A stretch of DNA of 64,000 nt from Eledone cirrhosa (taxonomy: Eukaryota). The DNA lies in contig OZ024741.1 of the NCBI GenBank assembly GCA_964016885.1, positions 140,492,001-140,556,000 on the forward strand. The letters run 5' to 3'. Position 1 is the first letter of the stretch; each line of letters begins with the position of its first letter. The notes beneath the pieces were generated by a model. It had not been told where the DNA came from and made no database searches. It saw only the letters and a program-made list of their open reading frames with translations. Below are positions 25,540 to 38,841 of the stretch, piece by piece. The translations under genes were made by a program, and so were the position numbers.

Positions 25540-28500
25540 GGAGTAAATAGGGACCTTTTTTTTACATTGACGGACATCTTTTATATATATTATTGTGTCT
25601 TTTTTTGACAATTGCTCGAAATGAATACTGATAATAAAAGCAATTCGACTTTATCAAACAGTAAACTACAGCGGCGACGGCGTGCAGCCAGCAATGAAGA
25701 AAAACGGGCCGAACAGCGCCATCGGAGCGCGCAACTTCAGAGGCGAAGACGTGCCGCCATGAATGAAGAGGAGCTGGCTGAACAACGCCAACGAAACACT
25801 GGAGCCATGTAGCGACGGCATGCTGCGATGTTTAAAGACGAACTGGCTGATCATCATCAGCAGATGGCTAGAATTCAGCAGCAATGGTGTGCTGCGATGG
25901 ATGAAGAGGAGCTGGCTTATCAGCGCCAGCGCAATACAGAAGTTCAGAGGATGTATCGCCAAAGTGCTCCTCATTCCAGTAAAGAGGCTAGAAGGTGAAC
26001 GGATGATATTAAAAATGGATCATGGCAACCGTGTCATTTTCAGATTGGTGGACGAGCAGAGTGTCCACATTGTGGAGCATTGCTTTGTAGGCACGAAAAA
26101 ACGTGGACCACAATGTGCTGTCATAAAAGAGCAGTTCAACTAGAACCCTTGCGAATACCGGATGACGAGGAATCACCTGTGTTTAAAATACTAAGTATGT
26201 GGCGTGATCAAGGAGACCGAGGTAGAGTACTGCGCAAATATTCGCGGCAAATTAACAATTCATTAGCTTTAGTATCGCAGAGAGTTAGTGAGATGTTTGA
26301 GAGTGGAGCATGGCAACCGAATGTAGTCATTCAAGGCCGTTTGTATCATTGGGTCGGTAATTTAGAAGTTACCCCAGGAGAGAGGCCTCGATTCGCTCAA
26401 ATTTACGTTAACGATCCAGATTATAGTGAATCGGAGGAGGATATCAGGATCGGTTGGATGAAGTTGCCGGGAAATATAACTGAACTTGAACGGCAAAGGT
26501 TAAGTGATTTGATCCGTGATTTGCAATCATGGCTTAGACAGTGTAATCCTTATGCTATGGATTCCATGTTGGTGGCTGAACTGCAAAATGTTCAGCAGCA
26601 AACATTCGTGATTAAGGCTGACGCAGAGCCAAGGAATAAACACAAACGGTGATATAATGCCCCTGGAGGATTTCGTGAAGTTGCTGTGTTGATGGACGAT
26701 AAGCCTGGATCGAGAAATATCGTCCTCAATCGCAGAGGTGGTCTCAAGACTATCAATGAGTCAAATAGGGCATACGATCTATTGCATTATGTTCTTTTAT
26801 TCCCAAAAGGTTAAAATGTTCATTTAGATGATCATGAGAATCAGCATCAACAGGGAGGCGGCAATAGACACAACAATTCGATTCCCGACTTTTACGCGTT
26901 CCATTTGAACAAGAGGAATCAACAGAGAAATGCGCTATTTCAAGCCAGCATATTGTTCCAGGAATATTGTTGTATGGCATACGCAAAGATCGAAAATCAA
27001 AGGCTAAATTATATAGCAACATATCAGAGCTGAATTGTATAATAATATACAGGATTCGATAACAGCCGATGATGCCAATTACAAGCAAATTGGTCGACGC
27101 ATCATTTTGCCATCGTCGTTCATCGGCGGCCCGAGATATATGAACATTCCCTATCAGGATGCCATGACTATTGTCAGAAAGTTTGGAAAGCCAGAATTGT
27201 TTATAACGGTTACATGCAATCCTGAATGGACTGATATTAAGGATGCACTTTTGCCAGGACAACAGCCACAGGACCGTCCTGATATTGTGGCAAGAGTATT
27301 CAAAGGATATCTGAAAAAGATAATGGATGATGTGGAAAAAGTGGGAATATTTGGGGGTATAGTTGCTTTTACATACGTAATTGAATTTTCAAAAAAGAGG
27401 ATTGCTACATGCACATTTGCTGATCAATTTACATAGAGATTGCAAATTGAGATGTGCTGAGGATGTTGACAGCATTGTGTGTTCTGAACTGCTGGAGAAT
27501 GAGGCACTACGCAACTTGGTGGCACAGTCAATGGTGCACAACCAATGCGGAGTGGCAAATCGGAAAGCGCCTTGCATGGAAAATGGCCAATGCAGTAAGC
27601 ACTTTCCGAAATCTTTTGTCACGAATACTTCCTGGAACGATGGGGATGCTCATCCCTCATATAGAAGACGGTCGCCTGCAGATGGTGGATTGATAGAAAA
27701 TGTAAACGGTCGACACGTTACAAATCAATGGGTTGTGCCATATAATCCATATTTGATTATGAAATATCGTTGTCATATTAATGTGGAAATTTGTAGCTCA
27801 GTGAAAGCTTGCAAATATCTATTCAAATATGTTTACAAAGGTCATGATCGGGCAATGATGAATGTCAGGAACGAGGAAGCGAACCAAGGAGATGATGTGG
27901 CAGGTTCCAGGATGTTCGCTCGATTGGATCTAGCGAAGCTTGCTGGAGATTGTTCGATTTTGATCCCAATGAACGCAGACCCACCGTTCAGAAATTGACG
28001 GTTCACTTAGAGAATAGGCAAATGGTGTTTTCAGGACACTAGCAGAGGTGTCGAAAGAATTGCTAACGCACCACCTCCTAAGGCGGAATTGACTGAGTGG
28101 TTCAAGCATAATAGGGAACATGCTTTGAACCCGGATCAAAGGCAGCTCTACTACGATTTCCCTTCGCACTATTCGTGGGATAAGAAGGGAAAGAAATGGA
28201 ATGATAGAAAACAAAAGTTGAGATTCATGACTATTGGACGGGTTTGTAATGTCCATCCAGCATCTGGTGATGTATTGTATCTCCGAATTCTGTTGCATAA
28301 TGAATTTTCGAGAAGTAAACAGAGCTTCGCTGATTTGAAAACAATCGATGGCGTGGAATATGAAACATACCAGGCTGTGTGTCAGCATCTGGGACTCCTT
28401 CAGGATGACGGTGAGTGGAATAACGCCATGAAAGCTGCAGGAACAACACAGATGCCAGCTCAAATAAGGCAGTTGTTTGTCACGATTCTAGGATTCTGCC

Positions 28501-30060
28501 ATCCTGCCGATCCAAGAGAATTATTTGAACGCCATTGAGGAATTATGGCTGATGATTTTAGGCATCATCTTCAGGTCGATGATGAAAATTTGATGAAAGC
28601 TATTGTTTTGCTCAATATTGAGCAACTGTTTGAAGTTCATTTCAAATGTTTAAGAGATTTTAATTTGCCAATTCCTGATGAAGAAATGCAGCAACGTGTC
28701 TTAGCATTGAACATGAGATTGCAGCTTAGATGGTTGCCACTCGATCAGAGGGAACTATTCCAGTTTGATCCACTAGAAAAGCAACGTATTGTGGATGAAC
28801 ATATGCCAATGTTGACCCAATCTCAAAGAGAATTGGTCGATGGCGTTCTCCACACGATTTCCACTCATGAGCAGCTTTGTGCTTTTATAGATGCTCCAGA
28901 AGGCACCGGAAAGACATTCTGTTTCAACACTATGTTATCGGCACTCAGAGCTCAGAGGAGGATTGCTCTCCCTGTGGCCACCAGTGGGCTGGCTGCCACT
29001 TTGCTGAGTGGTGATAATCAGACTGTAAGAATCCCAGACCATTTGGTCATACCACTGGACCGTCAAGCATTGATTGACTGGCTGTTCCCTAATTTGAATG
29101 CTTTTTGGCAGAATATCTCCTGGATATCGGAACGCGTTATTCTAACTCATACGAATGCAACGGTCGATGAAATAAATTCACACGTAGCCGGAATGTTTCC
29201 TGGAGAGAAATGGTTGACCGTCAGTGCGGATGCAATGGAACCTAATCAGGAGAACAATATGGATGTTCCGACTGAGGATCTGAATTCACTTCAAATACCC
29301 GATTTCCCGCACATATTTTGAGGTTGAAAAAGGGTATGCCGATTATATTGCTTAGAAATATCAATCATAAAATGGGTCTTTGCAATGGTACCAGATTGAT
29401 TGTTGAGAGATTGATTAATGGAGGAGTTTTAGAAACTAAACTCCCAGGCAGAGAGGAATCGCTTCTCATTCCGAGGATCAGGCTGAGACTAAGTGAAGAT
29501 CTGCTGCCATTCATTTGGCAAAGGAGACAGTTTCCCATCAATTTGGCCTTCTTCATGACTGTCAACAAGGCACAGGGACAGCATTTTAAGCGAGTCGGTG
29601 TGTACTTGAATGATCCACCATTCAGCATTGGGCAACTGTATCTTGCTGCATCTCGAGTGTGCGATCCAGATGGTATAAAAGTTGCAATTGATACCACTAA
29701 CAGAGGAACAACCCTGAATATTGTCTATAATGAAGCTTTGAGCTGATGTATGCATATCTTTAATGCTATCAATAAGCGACGTAAATGATTCGGACATTGG
29801 TGTCCTTTGATCAGTATTGTGAGCTTTGACAGAGTTATCATTTATGTTCAATGTCATTTAATGTAGTTATGAGCAATACAAATAAACAAGTATTGGTAAA
29901 AATTGCTTTCACTGCTATGTTGCGCAATAAATACCCACAAGTATTGGTAGAAATTGCCTTCAAATTTATCGCTTCTGATTGCGGTGGTAATAAAACCTCA
30001 TCATATGCTGAGTCTGGCAAAACGTTTGGTGCCTATGGCCAACCAGGGCTAGAGTAGTAT
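25540..30060 (+). mobile_element. Helitron (autonomous-type, decayed)
   Basis: Contains the Rep/Hel pseudogene. A possible 3' hairpin gcctatgg..ccagggc with a GTAG-t end lies at ~30030-30058. The 5' end is uncertain. Confidence 0.85.
25621..29746 (+). pseudogene. Helitron Rep/Helicase (HUH Rep plus PIF1-like helicase), frameshifted, with an internal deletion
   Basis: Charged N-terminal repeats, CxxC..CC, IQGRLYHWVG..PRFAQIY, RIILPSSFIGGPRYM, Rep motifs FITVTCNPEW, EF/QKRGLLHAH and KYLFKYVYKG, Walker A DAPEGTGKT, ATSGLAATLL, IILLRN..GLCNGTRL, RRQFP..AFFMTVNKAQGQ and GQLYLAASRV. Confidence 0.95.
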
Positions 30061-30339
30061 TGAAAAACGGTTCTATTTTCGAAATAGAAGGATCCGCCAT
30101 TTGGAGTTCAAACCAGGCCACCTCCCCGAGATGAACTCTGGGCAATATTGACTCAGTGGCTAAGAGCCTGGAAATTACTGAATAAATTTCTGTGTCATAT
30201 AATTTGTTGTCTTATTATTATAGTTGACCACTTATAGATACGCATGTTATCCATATCCATATTAATTTGGCATTTGTATAAACCATTTCAAGTAAATAGG
30301 GACCTTTTTTACATTGTCGGGCATCTTTTATATTAATTA

Positions 30340-30698
30340 TCTATATCTATATCTACATATAATATAAAAGATTGGAACTTCCATCATCCTTTTGAGAAAC
30401 GTGGAACAACCACGTCTATGCAATGATACACGTTTTACAGTCAGGCAGAAGATGAACCATCTCCTAGAGGTCACTATTCTAGGTGGAAGGACCTAAAATT
30501 GTTAATATACTATGCACAAACGGTACAACGAAGAATCTGGTATATCTGGAAGACTTTTTTTACTGTTTTTTGTATCACACAGACACCACGGACTCGCCTC
30601 ATACTGTAACCAGACAAACATCCAATACAGTCATTTTCTCTTTTACCTGTCTTCTCTTATCATATGTTTACCCGGGCGAAGCTGGGTACGTCAGCTAG
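30340..30698 (+). mobile_element. Internally deleted non-autonomous Helitron
   Basis: Encodes remnants GTSIILLRNVEQPRLCNDTRFTV and TKNLVY. It has the 3' hairpin acccgggcgaagctgggt and a terminal CTAG-T at ~30695-30699. Confidence 0.8.
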
Positions 30699-30721
30699 TA
30701 TATATATATATATATATATAC

Positions 30722-30891
30722 ATTATGAAGAGAGAAGAAACATTTAGATATAATTAGTAATAAAATGTATCATACCTAAACTGCTCCTATTCATTAAGCA
30801 ACATCGGTGAAGTTGGCACCCTTAACTCACAGTTGCGTGCGGATGCATTCATGTATATATGTGTGTGTGTCCGCATGTATCTGTGTGTTTC

Positions 30892-30895
<4 letters not shown>
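30722..30895. repeat. Truncated, internally inverted copy of the 49410-50183 element
   Basis: 30722-30788 matches 50002-50068 directly. 30789-30895 is the reverse complement of ~49842-49943. Confidence 0.8.
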
Positions 30896-30967
<72 letters not shown>

Positions 30968-31024
30968 TCAATATATATAATTTCATATACATATGTGTGT
31001 GTGTGTGTGTGTGAATGTATATAT

Positions 31025-31185
31025 GTAGAGAGAGAGGTAAAATCCCGACAGCGGCGCCAAAGCGGTTTCAGCTTTTATTTTCAGCAAGCCTTGGTGGCGC
31101 TGGCTAGACTGTACCTCTCTCTTTACCCATGCATCGAGAACTCCCACGATTTGAGGACTCCCCGGTCTCATCGCTCCCTCTTGTC
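31025..31185 (+). repeat. Small hairpin-plus-tail insertion
   Basis: agagagaggta..cagcggcgccaa / ttggtggcgctg..tacctctctct form inverted arms, followed by a unique ~60 bp tail. The layout matches 50763 and 56584. Confidence 0.5.
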
Positions 31186-31437
31186 TCTCTATCTCTTTCT
31201 ATCTCCCTCTGTATCTCTGTCTCTCTGTCTCTCTCTCTCTCTGTATATATATATACATATATATATATATATACTAGTAGAGGAACCCGGCGATCGTCTA
31301 ATGCTTTCCTTCATTTGCTTTCTTTTGACGATGCATTTGCTTTCCTTTTTTCCCAGAACCAAAATATTGAACTACCACCACCTCTGTTAAAACCTGAGAG
31401 CAAGGTTGCCCAATGCTGGATGGTGGATCATTCAAGT

Positions 31438-31511
<74 letters not shown>

Positions 31512-31534
31512 CATTATAATAAATATATATATAT

Positions 31535-32155
31535 AGCATTATAATAAATGTTCGGTAAACCGATACGTGCATATATATATATATTTATGTGTGCATGTAT
31601 GTATATATATACATACTACTGTACGTCTGTATACATATATGTATGTACGTATACATACATACTTACATTTAAGTAAGTGCCGTACTAAGAGTGAGAAATG
31701 AAATTTCGTTTCATTCTATTCCATTTATCGTTTTCGGTGTGCCCGGCCGACTGAACTCACTCGATATGCAAATTAGGCTGCTCAGCCGTTAATATGCATA
31801 AGGAAAGTATATACTTTCAGACGTTTAACCATCTGGCAAGCTGACGATAGATAATAAGCTTGAAACTAGTACATCGTTCCTGTGTCACTGTTGAACAAAA
31901 AGGTGACGTGGTTGCCTAAACACTGTACTGCGTAATTGGGGCTGTTTGTTTGTTTACAAACAAACAAACCGAGCATTATAATAAATGTTCGGTAAACCGA
32001 TACGTGCATATATATATATATGCGTGCATGTATGTATATATATACATACTACTTTACGCCTGTATACATATATGTATGTACGTATACATACATACTTACA
32101 TTTAAGTAAGTGACGTACTAAGAATGAGAAATGAAATTTCGTTTCATTCTATTCT
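31535..32155 (+). mobile_element. Retrozyme-like non-coding element, ~1.4 tandem units (~437 bp period), family C
   Basis: ~185 bp direct repeats at 31535-31722 and 31972-32153. The interior has an octamer at 31766-31773, the hairpin aaagtatatacttt, and CTGACGA(31841)..GAAACTAGTA(31862-31871) with poor stems. It is embedded in (TA)n. Confidence 0.65.
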
Positions 32156-32180
32156 ATATATATATATATATATATATTCT

Positions 32181-32267
<87 letters not shown>

Positions 32268-32509
32268 CATAATCAGTTATTAATATTGCTTTGTAATATG
32301 GAAATGCCAGATAAATATAAGAGCCATTCATTCAGACAGTATTATGGCAAACAATTGGTTTCTTTGTTCAAAAAATTTAATATTTATGGAATGTTTTTAT
32401 TGATCACAATATGTTCGAATTGAATGAACGGAAGTATATTAGTTTAATCCTGCTACTTTCATTTAGCTGCAGGTCATCTTTTGTTTAGTTTTACATTCAT
32501 AATCACATG

Positions 32510-32830
32510 ACTCAATAAAGTGCATAACTCGGAGATCTGAGAGTCGCTCCGCGTAGAGCCGCTACTTTTGCAAATTGACAGATCTCAGCTCTATTAAGGA
32601 CATTGGGGATAGAATGTCTCAGGAAAGAATCATTGGACAGTTTGCACGAGAAGAACCAACAAGCAGGAGACCCAGATGTAGACCCCGAGCAACAGAATTG
32701 GATAACATCCATGAGCTCAACTAGTCTCGTTTGGGGTTCCAGCCGAATCAATTGGAGATTGTTGCTTCTGACAGGACCCACAGGAAGTAGTGTTTGAAGA
32801 TTCTGCCCCACGTCCCTCTCAGGAATAAGT
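32510..32830 (+). mobile_element. RTE-clade LINE 3' fragment
   Basis: Plus-strand translation across stops: LNKVHNSEI*ESLRVEPLLLQIDRSQL..MSQERII..PTSRRPRCRPR..DNIHELN*SRLGFQPNQLEIVASDRTHRK. This is the typical RTE C-terminus (R-P-R-G-R-P..W, A-x-D-R-x-x-W-R). Confidence 0.75.
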
Positions 32831-34240
32831 CGGGGAAAAGGAATGTTATTATCATCCCTTCTTGTCGCACAGAATACATGCACTCTTTTTGTTATGACCA
32901 TGTTCCCTTCCACCGACTTAATTGTTAAGTGAAATAATCGGTAAAGGGAATCCCCACTTACCGATCAGTTTGTTCTCAGCAAGCTAGTCACAATATATAA
33001 AAAAAACATCTTTAGATAGATTTAAAATGACTCCCAACGGTGTATAGAGTCACTGAAAGTGTAGAAAATTATGAGTATCAGTTTTATATTAAATGGATTA
33101 TCTGAATATAGATTCGTAAATGTCGAATGTTATTGGATCGTAAGGTGTGATAGTAATTAAAAAATTACTTTATTATCCTAAATATTTCGGAATTATAACA
33201 ACATTATTTTGAATGAAAAAAGGCATTCTCAGGATAAATACATATAAAAATATGTAATGTAAATTTTGAAATATATATAATAAATATGAGTAGCCAAAAA
33301 CAAAAAGTCGATCATACGTATGAAGGGTCGCTTAACATTTTGATCTTTAATGGAGAAATGGCTGAACGTTAGATCTATATATTTTATTTAGCTTGTTTTG
33401 TTAAAGATTTGAAAGTTGTAAGTGCACCTTAATAAATAAAGGTGTTTAACTCACTAACTACATAATGAAGAAAATTGTGGCTTGATCAGAGTACATGTAC
33501 CGGTTTTCTAAAGCAGGCATAGTCACCAGGTGCTGCGCAGTAGGAATGAACATGAAGCTCGGTGGCGTTCTAGTGAATCAACTTTGATAAATGTTTACTT
33601 TGGCGGCCATGAAGCGAGTAAAATACTATTAGCATCAAGAAAAATATTACGTTTTTTGTTATATTTTTATTGATGTTTCTTTATGTTTGTTTCCCGTAAT
33701 TGTCATTTGTCTTTTTTTCATCTTCTCGTTCAGACTACAGCTTCATATATGTAACGTAAGGTGAATTGGGTTAAACAATAAACGTATGTTTTATTTATAG
33801 ATTTTTATTAAAATATAATAAACATTGATGTATATTGTGAATTTAGCATTTCAAAGGATTATTAACCCACGTTTGTATATCTCTTTCAGTCATATAAATG
33901 AATAAATATTTTACCAAAATTCTAAATGTTTTGTTTTTTATAAATCCAACGTAAATGTAACTAGTTATTTTTAGTGTGCTAAGATAATACCAATTATTTG
34001 CTAATTTTCACAATTTACCCCTATTTAACTTTCAATCAATAATGTTCATACTATCACAAAAATGTTTATATTTACATTCTATTTACATATTTGTAGAAGG
34101 AAATAGATATAATCATAAAGATGCATAACTACATATAGATCAAACAGATATACATTTACAAACACACACGCACACATACACACACACACACACATACACG
34201 CGCACTTTGATATACGCTTAAATACACCCACATATACACA

Positions 34241-34291
<51 letters not shown>

Positions 34292-36169
34292 GTATGCCTG
34301 TTTCTCTAAAACGAAGACATCGATATAAAGTATATAGATTTAATATATTTCAATTCATTCTTTTTTGATTTTTTTTTAAATATACAAATTTCCCCCAATT
34401 TGGAAAATGTGTGGTTTCCCTTTTGTGGTTTTCCTTTTTTTCTCCCTAAAAAACACTCAGATTCTGATACATATTTGAATGTGATTTTTAGAATATATTT
34501 TAGTTTTTATCTAAAATAGTGGATGTTATTTTCTACTTATATCTTCCACACAATGATAACTAAACGACTTATCCTGTATTCACTTCTGATAGACAATCTA
34601 GTTTCCATTTTCTGTTGAGTTGTATGTGCACTAAACTATTGCACAACTATGATCACAATAAAATGTCAGAAATAATTATGTTTGTAGAGGCTGTATGTCG
34701 GTCCCGATGACAATTGTTTCAGTTGGTTTGATCGACGAAGCAGAAAATTAATAACATGTCTTATAAAAGGTCAGACAAATATTAGGAATTCATCTTACTG
34801 CTAGAAAAAAAGGATAAATATTTTAAATATGCACAGTAGAGAGTTCTACACACGCAGAAAAGCGTATACTTAGGGATAAGAGGAAGAGATCCCGTTCCTG
34901 TAACTGACTCTAAGGTTGACAAAGACAGTACAAAACCCTCGTCTGATGCGCTGTATCTCTTTTCTTTCTTCATTAGGAAACAGAGAGATAGAGAAAGAGA
35001 GAGCGAAAGAAAGAGAAATGAAGAAAAGGAAACAAGGAGTGAAGGAGAAGAAAGGAGAGAAAGAGATAAAGGATTATTTCTATCTTCTCCATAGTATTTG
35101 ACTTCCATGCTCTAAATGAATAAGCCTTTAGTTTCGACGCACAGCGTTTTTTATGATATCAACAATTAACTCATAATATGTGTGACGTAGGAAAATTTCC
35201 CAAGGGTGCTTTCTGCTCGAGGAAAACATAGTTAATAAGTGCAAGCTCCCATGTTGGAAATACTATGACGAAAATAATTACTAATTCATCAATATTATAT
35301 TCCTGATGAGAAAGAGAAGCATTAATGAAAACTATTCGCAGATGGGGGAAGGGGAAGAACTCCCTAAATTTCAATCAGCTCAAAATTTGTTTTTCTCTTT
35401 TTAGGGTCACAATTTCAATTAACTAAAAATTGTCTGTTCTCACAACCTCACGGGCTGTTATCTCTTGCATTTTAATATACCAAATTATGAAACATATATA
35501 TAATGTTTAACCATGATTTAACTTTCATGAGAATTTCACGAGAGTTTTTTTTTTCCCGTTGATCACACGAATGGAACAATCGTTGTCGGAGCCGAAGGAT
35601 GTCCAACAGAGTAGGATAATTCAATGGATTACGAAAGTCATCAAATGTCAAACTAAACCGCACGAAAGAGCTGTGATAAGTAATTATAATTCTTTCTTTT
35701 TACAAATCTATTGATTTTATTCAACGATTTTCGCGAAAATATACTGGCAGTTCAGAAAGAAAATCACTATAATTTTGATGGATGGCGAGCTAACAATTTA
35801 ATGAGATATGAATTATGAAGAAAAGCATTAATACAAACAATGGTATTTCATTGACCTCATTTCACCTCATATAGAGACGTGACAACATACGGCCCGGCAT
35901 TGATCTTAATAAAAACAATAACAATATTTATAACATTTTCTAACATGAACGCAAGGCCAGATATATGGGTGAAAAGGAAAGTCGATTATATCGATTCCAC
36001 TACTGAAATGGAACTTATTTCATTGAGGCCAAAAATGACGAACGGCAAGGCTAATATCAAATTTACCATTCATATTTTGAGAGCTCAATAAAATAAAGTA
36101 CCAATCAATTTGTTGGTTTGATTTACTTCCTTTCCATTCCTCTAAATTGCTGGGATTGTACCTAAATAA

Positions 36170-36350
36170 TAATTGTTTCTACTTTTGGCACAAGGCCAGA
36201 AATTATTCAGCGCATTACTGGTACTTTATCTTATCGACCCCGTAAAAATGAAAGGCTAAGTTAACCTAGGTGGGATATAAACTCAAACGATAAAGTGCCG
36301 TAACTCTTTGCTGCAAAGCATGGCATCCGAACCTATACCGATACACCGAC
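36170..36350 (-). mobile_element. SINE (main family)
   Basis: aattgtttctacttttggcacaaggccag..atcgaccccgtaaaaatgaaaggc. Confidence 0.8.
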
Positions 36351-37102
36351 TAATAATAATCATGATGATAATGATAATCAGTACCTTAAAATTTGCGGAC
36401 GACTTAGGAATACATTTTTAAAATGATAGTGACTATGCAATTAAAGCCGCAAAGAACATCAAAGTGTCAATAAATGATGAAGGTCAACAGAGTCTGTGCA
36501 CTTGCACTAAATGAGAGCAACAGCCACTGCATGGGCAGTATGTTCTCCGTATCAAAGTACCAGATATAGATCAAACTCTCACCCACCAGTCGATGCGGAG
36601 TTCTGGGTAAAAGCAGACCAGTGCATAAGAGTGTTTTAAGGTGCAACTTGAAGCCAATGGGATAAGAAATGGAACTAACCCAAAGTGTCGATTCTGTGAT
36701 GAGCATGTTGAGACAATTTTCCTCCTGGTCGCAGGTTGCAAAGTATGAGCCTTCCAAGAATACAAAACGAGGCATGATGAGTGCGACAAAACTTACATTG
36801 GGTAATGTCCAGGGTCTATTTTCTGAAAACGGAAGGAAAATGGTACAACCATCACCCAGATGCAGTAATAGGATGTGAGATCCTACAAGATTTTCATGTG
36901 AACACAGACCGTACAATCAAGGCCAACAGAGCTGATATAATTGTGATGTACCATAAAGAGAAACATGTTTCTTAATTAACATAGTCATTTCATCAGATCA
37001 TAAAATCTCTTTGAAAGTGTTTGGAAATCTCTAAGTATAAATATCAATAATTTGAAATTGAGAAAATGTGCAATATTAAGACATGTACATTACCAGTGAT
37101 AG

Positions 37103-38841
37103 CACCGTGTAGTATATTTCTAATTCCCGAGTTTTAAGTATAATTTCCAGGTTTGTTATATACCATTATTATGAAAATACACTATTATTTAATATAAAGT
37201 TGGGGTTTGTAGTCAGGAGTTTGATCTTTCGAAATGTTCATATTTTTCAAGAAAAAACACATTCTTTTTAAATGTATCAGTTCATATAATTAAATAAACA
37301 GAGTATATATTTATTTTATTACACAATCTTATCAAAAACAAACAAAAAAAAACAAATAGCACTTATAAAGCAACTTATACACGTCAGAAATGACTGGATT
37401 TCCTGGATTTGCGGTTGTAGTCCAGGTTGCATTCCCGCACTAGCCGCCAGATATAGTCCCCCATCATTTTTTTTCATTTTAGTGGCCCTGGTACCTCCGC
37501 TTTATCTCTTTCACATCTTGGTGGAATCGTTCGCCTTGCTCTTCTGAGTAGGCGCCCATATTGTTCTTGAATTTTTCCTCCTGGTGAACGTCCAGCATAT
37601 GGAGTTTAAGCGACATCCTGTATGCCATGGCGCCAAAGACCTTTATCAGATCCTGCACCAGTTGCTGGTAGTTTTCAGCTCTGTAGTTTCCCAGAAAGCC
37701 CTTAACAACTGCCTTGAAACAGTTCCATGCTGTTCTCTCAATCCTATTGAGCTTATTGGAGAACTCGGTCCAACAGAAATTCCACCTATCTGAGGTCCAA
37801 CAAAAATTCCACCTTTGATTTTGGCCTCAGATAATTTGGAGAAGGACTCAAGAAGGTACTTAAAAGCGGCTGATTCTTGGTTGAGAGCCTTCACAAACTG
37901 CTTCATAAACCCCAACTTAATGTGCAGTGGCGGCATGAGCACAATCCTGGGACCAACCAGTGGCTCGCACATGACGTTCCGGGTCCCAACTACAAATTCT
38001 GTTCGCTGCTCCCAGTTCTTTCTTTTATAGTGGTCAGAGGTGTCTCTGCTGTTCAAAAGGCAGAGGAAGCATTGGAATTTGATAAAGCCTCCTTGTAGTT
38101 CAAGCAGGAAAGCCACTAACTTGAAGTCTGAAATGATTTCCCAATTGTACTGGTTGTATTGCAGAGCTTCCAAGAGGACTTTCAAACTGTAGTAATCTTC
38201 TTTCAGGCAGACTGAATGAACTAGGGACAGTGTCGAGAGCTTGTTTCCATTGTGGAGGAGGACAGCCTTCCAGCTTGTGGTGGAGCTGTCTATAAATAGC
38301 CGCCACTCCTTGGGCACAAACGGCACCCCAATAACGTCAAACAGTCCAGGCACGTCATGGCAGAAACGGAGGCCATCACTAAGAGTGTAAAAGCCTAAGG
38401 TTCGTGTCGATCTCTGACTTGTCACCTGCACTTCCTCCTTGACCAAGTTCCACTGCTTCATCCTGGAGCCGAATGCTTAAAACACAACTTACCCTTTATT
38501 CAGGGTGCGAAAATCCAGTATCAATAAATCTCTTTAATCCACGTTTTAACAATGTTATACTTTATTGTACTTTTATAATTTTCTTTAGATATTACTCTTT
38601 AGTTTATAATTTTCATTTAACCTGAAACATATATAAAAAGAATCATTTAACAGAAGCAAATTAAACTTACATACAACGTAAAATCAAGCATACAAATAAT
38701 TCTAGTGAATAGCTTAGAGTTTTTACAAACCCAAACTTTTAACTGTTTAATAGCACTTTTTTAATTTATTTGGGACCTAAGCAACACAAAGAGTGATTAC
38801 AAGCCAGGAACAGAGAAAACATTTTTTTTTGTTACACGGTG
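37103..38841 (-). mobile_element. Chapaev3-type (CMC superfamily) DNA transposon, internally deleted
   Basis: TIRs caccgtgta (37103) and tacacggtg (38841), with a TAG duplication at 37100-37102 and 38842-38844. A transposase remnant lies inside. Confidence 0.85.
37390..38470 (-). pseudogene. Chapaev3-type transposase C-terminal half
   Basis: EWRLFIDSS..KAVLLHNGN, DFKLVAFLLELQGGFIKFQCFLC, PPLHIKLGFMKQFVKAL, AKIKGGIFVGPQI and downstream GAYSEEQGERFHQD..RYQG..MMGDYIW. Confidence 0.85.

Noticed and set aside
26753-29857. Long minus-strand ORFs within the Helitron
   Set aside because: They are antisense shadows of the Rep/Hel coding sequence.
32512-32913. 133 aa minus-strand ORF as a host exon
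   Set aside because: It is the antisense of an RTE LINE 3' fragment on the plus strand.
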